From: Chiloscyllium plagiosum
Lineage: Eukaryota
DNA length: 64,000 nucleotides
Reading direction: 5' to 3'
Assembly: GCF_004010195.1 (NCBI RefSeq)
Contig: NC_057719.1
Span: forward strand, 30,189,853 to 30,253,852
The translations under genes and the position numbers were made by a program. Positions 38,201 to 52,670 of the stretch are shown here, one piece after another. Position 1 is the stretch's first letter, and the number at the start of each line of letters is the position of its first letter. The notes under the pieces were generated by a model. That model did no database searches and had not been told where the DNA came from. It saw nothing but the letters and a program-made list of their open reading frames with translations.

Positions 38201-41200
38201 CATTTATTGATTAATCTGGAATCCTCCTTCAAAATGTACACTGAGAGCACAACTAAAGAGAGAGTGTCAAATGCATAAATAACTTTTTGATGAAGATGGT
38301 TTCTTTATTATTGAGAGAATGATCACAGATGCAATAGAATACTGGGCAGTGTAGGAGAGGCAAAATTCTAGAATCATTTGAGTTGGATCACTTTGTGAAC
38401 ATAATGCAAAAAATGTAATTAATTTATTTATATATCCAATGACGCTATGAAGTAAATCCTCAGTCACATAATTTGATTGTCTACTAAGTCGATTGCTTTT
38501 TAATATTGGCACTGCATGGTGATGACGAGATGAAAGTTTCTATTTGAACATTACAGATTTGACAGTTAGAGGAATTGAGTAGTCATCAGTTCAATGAAAG
38601 TTGGAAGATCAGATAAATTAATTGCCAACATGGCGAAAGCAATTTATTTCACTGTCATGAACAGTACTTTGAAAATTATGAAATTCCTTATCTGAAGTCA
38701 GTTTGCTATGTTAGGAATATGACAGCAAATTTTCTTCTGACTATTCTTATCAAAACCTAGAGAGGGAAGAAAGAAGGAGGTGACTTTAGGAAATAGTAAC
38801 TGGGGAAGATCAAAGGCAGACAAGGAAGCAGTGATACAACAGAATGATATTAAAAGCAGGATTAGGGACTGAAAGAGCTGATGGAGAGTAGTTTGTTAGG
38901 AAAGGTGACAGTTGATTTGGGAGTAGCTTGCAGGGTAGAACTGATCAAAGAGAAAACAACACAGACTAGCTGTTAATGTGTTGGATGCACATGACATGGT
39001 TTGGTAAGTGGGAAGGGACATGGACTTGAAATGGCGAATGGGCAAAAGAGGTGGGGTATCTTGAATTTGAGAATCTTAGTCAGGAGGAAGACAAAGTTAT
39101 GTTGAAGGAAGACAAAAGGTTTGGTCATGGAGGATTTTAAGGCTGACAGACAGAATGTTAATCAGTAAGGGAATCATGGGTTATAGAGAAAAGGCAGGAC
39201 TATGGTATTCAGGATTATCTGATCAGCTATGATCTCATTGAATGGCGGAGGAGACTGAATAGGCTGAGTGGCCTACTTCTGTTTCTACATTTTATGGTCT
39301 TACTTAAATTTTGAAGTAGATAATCAAGTGAAGCCACATGCAATAATCAGTGGTGGTATTTTGCATAAATATCAAATGTGATCACATTCATATTTTTCTT
39401 ATTTAGGTACAGGCCATTTTTTAATCTACAAGATGCAGTTGCCATATCATTGGGCTTTGGATCCAGTGGAGAATGAAATCCAAGAAAGTATGTGAGCTTT
39501 AGGAAGTTGGGTCCAACTGTATTTCACCCCAGTTTGTTAAACCAAGACTGTTTAACACTCTCAGTAGAAGTGCATTATCAACTTGCAATATGTTCATGGC
39601 TCAATTATAGCAAATTAACTTGGGCTTTGCAGTTTTACATTTGGCTGTAATGCATTTCCACGTTTCTTTATTATCTACACTTTGGAACTCTGATTTTTCA
39701 GATTAGCATGGGTGTCACTTCTCTTGTGTTGCGCTAGATGTCAAATGAGGACCTAGATGACTGCATCAACAGCAGAGGAACTGAATCAACAATAGAAGTA
39801 GAATTTTCACCAGTAAAACCTTATTGCTCATAAACCTACAATTGCTTAGGAGGGAGATATCAGCAGAGAAGTACAGCTTGCAGAAGGCGATACTGGTACA
39901 CAATGCCTTCGATCAAAGTTGATCTTCCTAGGCATGTTGAAACACCAGTTACTGAGGAAGCTCAGGATGTCCACCAGATGGTGATAGTCATTGTGGTCAA
40001 CAGTTCCTCTACTACTTTGCTTCTAGGTCATTCCAGGGCTTATGCAGAGATATTTGCAGGAACTCGAGAGTTTATAAAATAGAAAATGCATAATCAATTA
40101 CTTTCTTGCCTTACCCATCTGTTATGCCAACTTCACCTGTAATGATGCCAGTCAAAAAGAGTGCATGCTTAAATTTGAGGCTCTGCTTAGCTTGCCACAG
40201 ACAAAAAGCATCATTTGCGCACTTTGTACCTCAGGCACTCTTAAAACTGTTAGAACTGTCTGTCAATTCTAAGAGTTTACATTTCAGCAAAGTGCACGTT
40301 GTGTGCAATTACATAATCTTTGAGTAGTGGTGTGCAGAATACCCAGACAGCTGCCATGTATTTTAATCCTGCTGCCCATCCTCCTGAGCAACCTCTCATC
40401 TGGAAACGGGGATATTGTCTGGTTTCTCACAGGTGAGGGCTGCTTACTTAAATGTTGCTGATATCATCTCTCAGAAACCTGAGGAAGGTACCCAAGAATG
40501 ATAGTGAAATCTATGTAACTGCCAGATGTGCTATTGAAGAAGCCATCAGCATTGCAGATGTGTTTTTCAGATGTAGATATATTTGAATGTGCCTATTAGT
40601 GCATACTAGGTAGGGCCTCCAAAATGGTTGTGATACACTGCAATTCGCAAAACAGCGCGATTTGCACCTGAAGGATAAACAAGACACAGCAGGCAGAGCA
40701 ACCTACACAAATTCCAGGGAGCAGAGAAGAGCAGAAAGTGATGTCAGCAACGTACTTTCAGAGATTAACTTGGATACCAATTGTCCCACTCAGCTGACCA
40801 CCAGTTGCAAAGGTCGCTTGTTAATTCTCAACTTCCAAAAGTGCCCAGAACACAATGAAGCATCATTTTGTAAGTCCTCATCATTTGCACCATCACTTCA
40901 TGTCTTCTCGCTTATCATCAAAACTGAAAAGGCTACTTGTGAGCCAGAACGCAAGAATTGGAAAGTGGTAATTAAACATTTTATTTATATGGCTTTAGCA
41001 TTATAAAACAGAATCTAACATTGTGTAACATGCATATGTTGCAAACCTATGCTCTTTCATTTCCTAGCAGTTCTCTGTAATTTGATGCCTGTGGCTTCAG
41101 CAGAGTGAGACAGGGCACTCCTCTCCCTGCTCCTGATCTTTGCTGAAGTCCTCGAGGTTTGAAACTGCTCTAGGATCAAGAACCAGAGGGCTTAGGTTTA

Positions 41201-41899
41201 AAGTGATTTGCAAAGGAGGCAAAAATGATGCAAGAACATTTTTTTTACACAGCGAGTAGTTCAGGTATGGAATATAGAAGTGTGGTGGAAGCAGGTTCAA
41301 TTGAGGCATACAAGAAGGTTAGACATAATATGCAAGGATATGTGGGATAAAACGAGAAATTGTAATAACTGATTCTCTTTGGGAGAGTCAGTGCAAATGA
41401 GTCAAATGGCCTTCTTCTGCACCATATCATAGTGATTCTGTGATATTTCACACGCTATAGACATCACAGCAGCATGAGGGCATGTTGAATGCCATATGGT
41501 TATCTGATACTTGATTTTGTCAACTGATAACTGAAACATTCCTCCTCCTCTCCCTATTTCGGTATTTAGTCACACCAAGGCTCCTCTGAATCTCAATGCT
41601 CTCTTATATGTATTTGTTATTTATGAGATGGTTGGTGGACCTGGTATTTTGTGCTGTTCTATTCCTGCAAAGAGGAAAACACAAATGCTGCCAGACCTGT
41701 TGCATTATTCGAGCATTCTCTGTATTTGTTTCACGTTTCCAGCATCTGCAGTAATTTATTTTTTTATTAAAACAGCATTTGTTGAACAGATGAATGGATG
41801 TTAATGGCGACTTTGAGGGAGACGCATGCTATTGTGCAAAGAAGAAAGGACAAGGGAAGGGTGGCAGTCTGTGCTAAAACAAATAGTAAAATGTTTTTC

Positions 41900-43880
41900 A
41901 AACATATTAATAGTAAAGGCCCATAAGGAACAAGCAGGGTGAGGTGCTCCCTGAAGCAAATACTATGGGAGAAGTACTCAATAAGTACTTTGCTTTTGTC
42001 ATTGCCAAATTAGAAAAGGTGACAATGACCTAGTTGAAAATGTGAATGTTGAGCAACTCAGTAGTATGTTTGAAAATCTCACAACACCAGATTATAGTCC
42101 AACTAGTACTTCCAAATAAACCTGTTGAACTATAGCCTGGTGTTGTGTGATTTTTAACTTTGTCCACCCCAGTCCAACACTGGCACCAGTAGACAGATAA
42201 AGAAGTAGTGCTAAAAAGGCTGACAGCACTCCAGTTGGATATGTCACCATCTCCCAAGGATTTTCAAGGCCAGCAAGAGGTCACTGGACACCACCAGAAC
42301 TGCAACGCTTTCCAAGGCACGGGCCCCTATATCAGGGCGAACCCATTCCAGGGCCCCCTGCCCTTCACAAAGAAAATGCATCCCATATTGCTGAGAAATG
42401 TAATAGAAAAAAATTGCAGAATTGTTGACAGAAATTTTCCAGGCCTCTTTGAACACAGGATTAGTCCCAGGGCACTGGGAATTGCAAATGTGACACCATT
42501 GTTTTTTTTTTAAAAAAAGGCAAAGGATAACCCAGGAAACAACAAACCTGTCCATTTGATATAAAAAATGGGAAAACTGATGGGAGCTAAAGCCATGTCG
42601 ACTGTCTAGTATTAACTTTTTTTTTCCTGAGGTAAATATACACTCAGAAAAAAATAAGTTAATACTAGACAGTCGACATGGCTTTGTCAAGGGCAGATCA
42701 TGTCTGTCAAATTTGACTGAGTTCTTTGAGGTGACATAGGCAGTGAACGAGGGTAATGCTGTGGATGTTGTATCGTTGAACTTTCAAAAAGCATTTGATA
42801 TCGAACTACATGGCAAGTTGGTTAGCACGTTAGAAATGTTTTTAATTAATGGGTCCTTGGCAGCATGAATTAACAGTTGTCTTAAAGATAGGAAACAAAG
42901 GGTAGGTATCTCAGATTGGAGATGAGTTGAAAGTGTTGCTTCCCAGAGATTGGTGTTGGGACCCTTGTTTTTTCTGATTTTATATAAATGATTTGGTCAT
43001 TGAGGAAAAACCCCTAAATTTTCAGAAAATACTAATCTCTGGTGAATAGTGAATTGTGAGGATGGTGCTGGGTAACTTCACGGGAATATTGACAAGCTAG
43101 TCATATAGGCAGACACCTGGCAGCTGAATTTCAATACAGAGAAATGCAAAGGAATGCAATGTTGTAGAAGAATCATGGAGAGACAATACAGGCTCAATGG
43201 TACAACTTTCAGGGAGTACAGGAGCAGAGGAATGTCAAGATTGAAGTGTGCAATGCCTGAAGGTGACTGAGCAAGTTGAAACAGCTAAGAAGGCTTATCG
43301 GATCCTTATGTTCATAAATAGAGGCATAGAGTATAAAAGCAAGGAAGTGAGGCTACACCTCACGAATTATTGGTCAGACCATATTTGGAGCATTATGTTC
43401 AGTTCTGGGCACCTTTTATTCAAGGAAGGATGTTAAGGCCCTAGAGCAAGCTCAAAAAAGGTTTACTAGAATGATAGCAAGAATAAGGGATTTTAGATAC
43501 AAGGAAAGATTACAGAAATTGGGCATATTCTCCTTGGAGCAGAGGTGACTTTATTGAGCTCTTCAAAATTATGAACAATTTTGACAGGTTAAAGAAACAA
43601 ATGTCACTAACTAGGGATCACAATGTTAAGATTGTCAGCAAGAGAGGTAGGAATATGACAAGGAGAAACTTATTTACTCATAGTTGTTAAGACTTGGAAA
43701 GCACTACCTGAAGAGTAGTGAAGGTGGATTTAAAGGAGGTTTCAAAAGAGAGCTAGATATATGTTAGAAAGTGATGAATTTAGAGGGCTAAGGATATAGG
43801 GCTGGAGAATGGGACTAGCTGGGTAGCTCTTTCAGGAACTAATATAAACAGGATAGGTCCAATGGCTGCCTCCTGTAGAG
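41900..43880 (+). mobile_element. Decayed CR1 LINE with nested insertions
   Basis: ANVTPLF, HGFVKGRSCL, FQKAFD and RGIEYKSKEV motifs; TTCTATG tail at about 43880. Confidence 0.8.
42073..42187. mobile_element. Inverted fragment of a second Penelope-like family
   Basis: CACAACACCAGATTATAGTCCAAC followed by its near reverse complement GTTGAACTATAGCCTGGTGTTGTG; related copies at about 52448-52585 and 56850-56992. Confidence 0.6.
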
Positions 43881-43988
43881 TGAAATTCTACAATTCTATG
43901 AGGTTAATGATGCATGGATAGATGGTGATGTGAGGGAATGTGTAAAAACTTGGCAATAATAGCTGCAAATTAGGAGGTGGAAAGAATT

Positions 43989-44308
43989 GGGCGGGACGGT
44001 GGCACAATAGTTATCACTGCTGCCTCACAGCGCCAGAGACCTGGGTTCAATTCCCTCCTCAGGCAACTGTCAGTGTGGAGTTTGCACATTCTCCCCGTGT
44101 TTGCGTGGTTTTCCTCCGGGTGCTCCGGTTTCTTCCCACAGTCCAAAAATGTGCAGGTTAGGTGAATTGGCCATGCTAAATTGCCTGTAGTGTTAGGTAA
44201 GGGGTAAATATAGGGGAATGGGTCTGGGTGGGTTGCTCTTTGGAGGGTCGGTGTGGACTTGTTGGGCCGAAGGGCCTGTTTCCACGCTGTAAGTAATCTA
44301 ATCTAATC
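43989..44308 (+). mobile_element. HE1-type V-SINE, full length
   Basis: Closely similar to 23041-23360; B box GGGTTCAATTCC; (TAATC)3 tail. Confidence 0.9.
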
Positions 44309-44599
44309 AAAAAAAAGAGAAACTCGATGAAATGCCAATTACCAGGGAAGTGGTACTGAGTGGACTATTGGAGCTGTGGGCTGAGAAATCCAAGGGTTCA
44401 TTCAACCGTCTTAAAGAGATGACTCATGAGACAGTATAGGTGGTGATTTAATGCTTATGAGGTAGTATGAATAATTCACAAGATTCTAGGAAGAATTTCA
44501 TCAAAAGTGAAAGTAGCAATATAACCTCTCTATTCAATAAGTAGCCAGCCTGATGTTTGTTGTGAGAAAGGTTATTTATCAGTCAATAAGGAGGTTAGA

Positions 44600-46210
44600 G
44601 AACAGTACAGCACAAGAATAGGTCCTTTGGCCCCAATGTCTGTGCCAACCATGATGCTATTCTAAACTAATCCTATTTGTCTGTATGTAACCCATATCCC
44701 TGTATTTCTTGCTTGTTCATGTATCTGTCTGACTGCCTCCTAAACATTGCTATCATATCGGCTTTGACCACCTCCCCTAGTAGTGCATTCCAGGCACCTA
44801 CCACTCTCTGCGTAAAAGAAAACTTGCATCACAAATCTCCTTTTAAACTTTCCTCCTCTTTTTTAAAACTATGGACCCTGGTTTTTGACATTTCCAACGT
44901 GGAAAAAAGATTTGGACTATCCAAAGCCTCTGTATCTTTCCTATAGTAGGATGACCAGAACTGGACACAATATTCCAAGTGTGGTCTCACCAGGGACCTG
45001 TAGAGCTGCAGTAAAACCTTGCGGCTCTTAAACTCAATCCCCCTGTTAATGAAAGCCAAAACACCACATGCTTTCTTAACAGCCCTATCCACTTGGGTGG
45101 CAACTTTGAGGGATCTATGTACTTGCACACCCAGATCCCTCTGTTCCTCCACACTGCCAAGAATCCTGTCCTTAATCCTATATTCAGCATTTGAGTTCGA
45201 CCTTCCAAAATGCATCACTTCCCATTTATCCAGGTTGAACTCCATCTGCCATTTCTTAACCAAGCTCTGCATTCTGTCTATGTCGAGCTGCAGCCTGCAG
45301 TAGCCCTCTATACTATTGACAACACCTCCAACCTTTGTGTCATCTCAAATTTACTAGCCCACCCCTCAACCTCCTCATCCAAGTCATTTAGCCATTATTC
45401 TATTAAATAGCAGTGCAGGCTCGAGGGGCCAGATGACGACTTTCTATTCCTAGTTCCTATGTTTGTATGACTTCCAAAATTGTACATAGCAATCTCTCTA
45501 TCGCCAAACATGGCCTCTTAACCTTGTACATCTCAATCATGGCCTCCCTCAGTCTCTTCCACTTGAAGGAAAGCAACCCCAATCTGTCCAACCTCTCTTC
45601 ATAGTTAAAATTCGCCAGCTCAGGCATCAGCCTGGTGAACCTCCTCTAAACCCATTACATTCCTCTGATTAATCCAGATTCTAGAACTGCACATAAGACT
45701 CTAGTTGTGGTCTAACCAATGTTTTATACAGTTAGGGCATAAGTTCCCTGCTCGTAATCTCTGTTCCTCAGCTAATAATGGCAGTTATCCCAAATGTTTC
45801 CTTAATTACTTTATCCATCTGTCTCTGTCCCGCTACCTTAAGGGACCAATGGGCATTAACTGCTAAGGTCCTTTTCATCCTCAGTGCTTCCCTGGATCCT
45901 AGCATCCATCATGTATTCCTTTGTCTTATTTGTTCTGCCTCAGTTCATTTCCTCACACCTATCTAGTTTGAATGCCATTTGTCACTGATCAGATGATCTA
46001 TATCCTCTTGAATTCTAAGGCTATCCTCCTTACTATTTCTCATCTCACCAATTTTTTGAATTATCTACGAACTTACTGATCAACTCTCCTACATTCAAAT
46101 CTAAATAATTTATCTGTTCCCCAACAATGATCCTTGCAGAAACTCATTGTTCACAAAAACACCCCCTAGACCATCACCGCCTGCCACTCAGCCAATTCTG
46201 GATCCCATTG
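44600..46210 (-). mobile_element. Old CR1 fragment with a better-preserved CR1 piece at about 44925-45390
   Basis: ORF 44829..45272 KWQMEFNLDK..EQRDLGVQVHRSLK..LVRPHLEYCVQFWS. Confidence 0.8.
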
Positions 46211-47103
46211 GCTCTATTTCTAAGTTTTTATTTTAAGCATCATTCGATGAAGCAGTGTCTGATTTAAGATGGTGCACTTGACTGTTGCTAGAGCCACCTG
46301 AAAGAATTGTGGCTCACAATTTATCGTACTGTGTAATTATTTGCAAAGCCAAGGCTCTTTGTTTGGTGTTTTCATCTTTTCTGTTAACTGAGTCAAAAGT
46401 GATTGAGTAGCTAATTTAGCAGTTAGGGATCATGTTTAGCTCTTCCATTATTGGCACCTGTGGGGGTCAGAGTTCCCTTACAAATGAATAAAATAGCACA
46501 GTAGGATCATGTGTTGTGTAGAATGGCGGAACCAGTGTGAGCAATACTGCAGTCATAATTATATGCTACAAAGTAGTTTATGGTGAATTCTGAAATCCCA
46601 AAGGATGCTGTCATAAGGAGGTAGTGAGTAATAGCTGGAGATTAGGTAAACCATGTTGGGTGAGAATCTGATTCAACAGGGAAAGGGTGGTACACATCCA
46701 TAAAGGAAACTGTCTGTACAAAAAGAATTCCAGTCTTGACAAAAAGGGAGGAGATAATGTATGTGAATGTATTTTTGCATCCATCTCTCAGTCACAGTGT
46801 TAGGTTGCCCACAAAATGTCATCTCCACAACATTTCATGTATGACCTTTCAGACTAATAAATTTGCATTGAAGCTCATGATCTAAAAGTGAATTTTTACA
46901 AAACCATACTGTCCACATTGATATATTTATATATATTGTGATTGTGTTACTACTTTTGTATAGTCAAAAATATTTTACATAGTTATTTAGTCTTCCTTGC
47001 ATTATTTTTAGAATTATTAATATCTCCTACAATTTAAAACTATACAGTTTCTTAATAATAATACTTGTAATCTACTTTGCTTTTTAAATGTTCTTTATCT
47101 TGA

Positions 47104-47430
<327 letters not shown>

Positions 47431-50400
47431 TGAGCACATCTTATTCCCACAACAGAATAGAGTAAGGACTAACATGGCAGGTATATTCAGTTTCTAGGTT
47501 TTCCTTATTGACTTGAATGTTTTCAGCTGAAGTAGTTAATATTGTTTATTGTGCTTTATTCAGACGTCTCTCTTTCAGATAACAGTCAAACTCAGCATGT
47601 TTAAACTATGCAGAATATTGATCAGCACTATTCCATCAATAGAGTAAAATCAAATGAATGTGTGACCCAGCTCTTCAATCCACTGGTCAGTCTGCAACTT
47701 GAATACTTGTACATGTCTCGTCACCAGAACACAATGAACATGTTCAAGTTGTGGTAGAAGTACAGAGAAGTTTGATCCTATGTGTCCTGGCAGGTGCTCC
47801 TGTAGAGGTGTATATAATAGTTAACAGAATGGACTATTGACCAACTTCCACTCCAGACTTTGTTTCAATTCAATTCAATTCAATTTCTTCCCCCGTCATA
47901 TTTATCCAACCTTCACTGTCTCTCTGTCTAAATGTCCCGAAGTTTAGTCCCTTCACAACCTCAAAACTCGGTAGTTTTCTCCAGCTGAGTGACCCTCTGA
48001 AAAGTTTGCATTGTTTCAAATCCATCAGCTTTGTGAATCACCTGCCTTCTTCACCCCATCTTTGACTGGCATAATTTCAGTTGTTGAAACCTTGCATGCT
48101 TTAATATCTGGCGCTTTGAAAAATCTTTCAGTCAACTTTCTATTTGCTCAGTGTCAGTTTTTATCTGACTGTACTTCTTTGAAGCATCTGGAACATTTTT
48201 CCTGCATTGAAGGTATGATGCAGGTACTTACTGAAGCTAAATCTAACACATTACTTGAAATTGTGAGACTAGGACAATGGATCATGGTTTCAAGTGAGTA
48301 AAATTTAGGACTGATATTCAGAAATTATTCTGTACACAAAAGATTGAGCATTTTGTAGATTTAGTCTTCCCAAAAGATTAGTAAAGGTGGAAATCCTGGA
48401 ATGGTTTGTGAATAGAAGAAATAAACTAGAACTTTATGTACTTGAATAGGTAAATGAAGATTTGCTTATGAGCTTTCCTTCTCCTAAAGTCCTCTCTCTG
48501 ATTTTGTGAGAGTATGTTTGGGTTGCAATATTCAAGAAGACCCACAACAACGTTCTTGGGCAAATAGGAATGGACAATAAAGTTGCCTTTGATGACCACA
48601 TGCTAAGAGTTTTTCTTTAATATTTGCAAAAGGCATTTAAAATTTTCATAGAACATTTTGGTCCATCCAAATGGCACTTTACATTCTAGACATGCTGATC
48701 CCAGCAGCCATTGTGAGATTACGTTCTCTTGATATTGTCCAACACAAGCCATATGTGACTAAATTATATTTCTGATGCAATTAGATTTGACTATAAATAT
48801 TATTGTTGTTGGACATATGATTTTGCTACTCATCTTGTTGTGTATATAGATCTGCTTTAGCTATTTCCTTTCGTCACTTGTGGGATGTGGGTGTCACTGG
48901 CTGACCAGCATTTATTGCCTCTTCCTGGTTACCCTTGAGAAGGTGGGCAGTGAGCTGCCTTTTTGAACCATTGTAGTCCACATGCTGTAGGTTGACCCAC
49001 AATGCCCCTAGGGAGGGAATTCCGGGATTTTGACCCAGTGACAATGAAGGAGTGCCGATATTATCCCAAGTCAAGATGGTCAGTGGCTTGGAGGGGAATG
49101 TGAAGGTGGTGGTGTTCCATATATCTACTGCCATTTTCCTTCTGTTTGGAAGTGGTTGTGGGTTTGGAAGGTGCTGTCTAGGAATCTTTTGCACAAATTC
49201 ACAATGCATCTTATAGATAGTACACACAGATGCTACTGAACATTGTTGGTGGAGGGAGTGGATACATATGGATATAATGTCAATCAAGCATATAGCTTTC
49301 CTCTGGATGGTGCCAAGCTGCTTGAGTGTTGTTGGAGCTACACTTATCCAAGCAAGTGGGGAGTATTCCATCATACACTTGAGTTGTACCTTGTAGATGG
49401 TGGACAGGCTTTGGCAGGTGTGGGATGTCAGGAGATGAGTTACTAGCCTCTGACCTGCTCTTGTAGCCATAGTATTTATCTGTTGAGTCCATTTGAGTTT
49501 CTGGTCAATAGTTCATAGTGGGGGATTTGGTGATGGCAAACGCCATTAAATGTCAAGGAGCAGGTAGTTAGATTTTCTCTTATTGGTGATGGTCATAACC
49601 TGGCTTCTGTGTGGTGCAAATGTTAGTTGCCACTTGTCAGCCCAAGCCTGGATATTGTCCAGCTCTTGTTTCATTTGAACATGGATACTGCTTCAGTATC
49701 TGAGGAGTTACAAATGGTGCTGAACGTTGTGCAATCATCAGCAAGCTTCTGACATTATGATGGAGGGAAGGTCATTGATGATGCAGCTGAAGATGATTGG
49801 GCCTAGATGTACTGAATAACCATAACCATCTTCCAATGTGCCAGGTATGACTCCAACTAGCTGAGAGTTTGCCCCGATGCACATTCATTTCAGTTTTTCT
49901 AAGGCTCCTTGATGCCATACTTAGTCAAATATGGCCTTGACGTCAAAGTCTGTCATTCTCATCTCATTTCTGGAATTCAGCTCTTCTGTCCATGTTTAAA
50001 CAAAGGCTGTAATGAGGTTAGGAGATGAGTGGCCATGGCGGAACCTAAACTGGGCATCATTGAGCAGGTGCTGCTTGATAGAACTGTTGATGACACCTTC
50101 CATCACTTTACAACAATCAAGAGTAGACTGATAGGCAGTAATTGGCAGTGTTGTATTTGTCTTGCATTTTGTGTACAAGACAACAGGGCAATTTTCCACG
50201 TTGTCAGATACATGCTGGTTGTAACTGTACTAGAAGAACTTGACCAGGGGTACAGCATGTTATGGAGCACAAGTCTTCAGTACTATTGCTGAAATGTTAT
50301 CAGGGCCCATCACCTTTTCAGTATCCAGTATCAGTGACATTTTTTGATAACACGTGGAGTGAATCAAATTGGCTGAAGATTGATATCTACAATGCTGTGA

Positions 50401-50708
50401 ACAATTGAAGGAGACCAAATTAATAAGCCACTTGGAACTTCTGGCTGAAGATTGCTGCGAATGCTTCAGCCTTATCTTTTGCACTGATGTGTTTGGACTT
50501 TTCCATCAATGAGAATGGGATATTTTTGGAGCAGCCTCCTCCAGTGAGTTGTCTAATTGTCCACCATTCTCAACTGATGTGGCAGGACTACAAAGCTAAA
50601 GTCTGATCCATTGATTGTGGGCTCACTTAGCTCTATCAGTTGCTGCATATGCTGTTGGGAAGTCCTGTTTGGTGGTGTGATCAAGTTGACACCTAATGTT
50701 TAGGCTAG

Positions 50709-51660
50709 GACTTCAGTAAGGTGTTCAACAAGGTTCCCCATGGGAGACTGGTTAGCAAGGTTAGATCTCACTGAATACAGGGAGAACTAGCCATTTGGAT
50801 ACAGAACTGGCTCAAAGGTAGAAGACAGAGGGTGGTGGTGGAGGGTTGTTTTTCAGACTGGATGCCTATGACCAGCCGAGTGCCACTAAGATCGGTGCTA
50901 GGTCCTCTACTTTTTGTCATTTTCATAAATGATTTGGATGCGAGCATAAGAGATACAGTTAGTAAGTTTGCAGATGACACCAGAATTGGAGGTGTAGTGG
51001 ACAGCGCAGATGGTTACCTCAGATTACAACAGGATCTTGACCAGATGGGCCAATGGGCAGAGAAGTGGCAGATGGAGTTTAATTCAGATAAATGNNNNNN
51101 NNNNNNNNNNNNNNNNNNNNNNNNNNNNNNNNNNNNNNNNNNNNNNNNNNNNNNNNNNNNNNNNNNNNNNNNNNNNNNNNNNNNNNNNNNNNNNNNNNAC
51201 AAGGATGTTGCAAGGATTGGAGGATTTGAGCTATAGGGAGAGGCTGAACAGACTGGGGCTGTTTTCCCTGGAGTGTCGGAGGCTGAGGGATGACCTGATA
51301 GAGGTTTACAAAATTATGAGGGGCATGGATAGGATAAATAGATAGAGTCTTTTCCCTGGTATTGGGGAGTCCAGAACTAGAGGGCATAGGTTTAGTGTGA
51401 GAGGGGAAAGATATATAAAAGAGATCTAAGGGCCAATGTTTTCACACAGAGGATGGTACGTGTATGGAATGAGCTGCCAGTGGAAGTTGTGGGGGCTGGT
51501 ACAATTGCAACATTTAAGAGGCATCTGTATAGTATATGAATAGGAAGGGTTTGGAGGGAAATGGGCTGGGTGCTGGCAGGTGGGACTAGATTGGGTTGGG
51601 ATATCTAGTCTGGTTGGACCGAAGGGCCTGTTTCTATGCTGTACATCTCTATGACTCTAT
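50709..51660 (+). mobile_element. 5'-truncated CR1 nested in the second-family LINE; contains the assembly gap
   Basis: SVLGPLLFVIFINDLD..SKFADDTRIGG; CTCTATGACTCTAT tail. Confidence 0.9.
51095..51198. other. Assembly gap (104 N)
   Basis: Run of N. Confidence 1.
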
Positions 51661-52670
51661 GCCTAGTGTTGCTCCTGGCATGCCCTCCTGTGCTCTCCAT
51701 TGAACCAGATTTGATCCCTTGACTTGATGGTGGTGGTTGGGTGGGGGATATGTTGGACCATGAGGTTATAAATTGTGCTGGAGTGCAATTCTGTTGCTGT
51801 TGGCCCACAGTGCCTTATGGATGCATAGTCTTGAGTTGCTAGATCTGTTCGAAGTCTGTCCCATTTAGTACAATATCACGCAATATCAATATTCTTGATG
51901 TGAAGACTGGATTTATCTCCAAAAGGATTGTGTGGTGGTCATGTTTGCTGATGTTGTCATGCATAGATGCATCTGCAGCAGGCAGATTGATGAGCATTAT
52001 GTCAAGTATGGTTTTCCATATTGTTGGTTCCCTCACCACCTGTCACAAATCCAGTCTAACCACTGTCTTTTAAGACCTGACCAGCTCCACTAGTAGTGCT
52101 GCTGCTGAGCCACTGTTGATGGTGGACATTGAAATCCCATTTTGTGCCCATGCCACCTTCAGTGCTTCCTCCATGTGTTGCTCAACAATGAGGAGTACTG
52201 ATTCATCAGCCGAAAGAGGAAGGTCATCAGCTGGTGGCTTCCATGCCTATATTTAACTTGAAGCCATGGGACTTCATGTGATTTGGATTTAATGTTGAAG
52301 ACCCCCAGGGCAACACCCTTCTTACTGTACACCACTGTGCTGCCATGTCTGCTGGGTCTGTCGTGCAGTTGGGATAGGGCAAATCCAGGGATGGCAATGA
52401 TGGTATCTGGGACATTGTCTGTCTGTCTGTCAGTCACACTAAGGAATTGGAGATGCTGGTGTTGGACTATTGTGGACTAGGTCAGAAGTCATACAACACC
52501 AGGTTATAGTCCAACAGGTTTATGTGAAATCACAATCAGAATCGCAAATCGCCCTCTGAAAGCTTGTGATTTCAAATAAGCCTATCAATCATACTCAAGA
52601 AATCATACCTATGTCAGGTTGTTGCTTGAATAGTCTGTGAGACAGATCCTCACAGACTGTGAGACAGCCC

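Noticed and set aside
39700..41100. Coding-looking stretch with scattered splice-like signals and ORF 40662..41006
   Set aside because: No recognisable domain or consistent exon chain; may be an old transposon remnant.
48874..49470. 198-aa minus-strand ORF as an antisense gene
   Set aside because: C-terminal LINE ORF2 remnant running into 3' UTR; similar decayed copies occur at 16334, 21470 and 57540.
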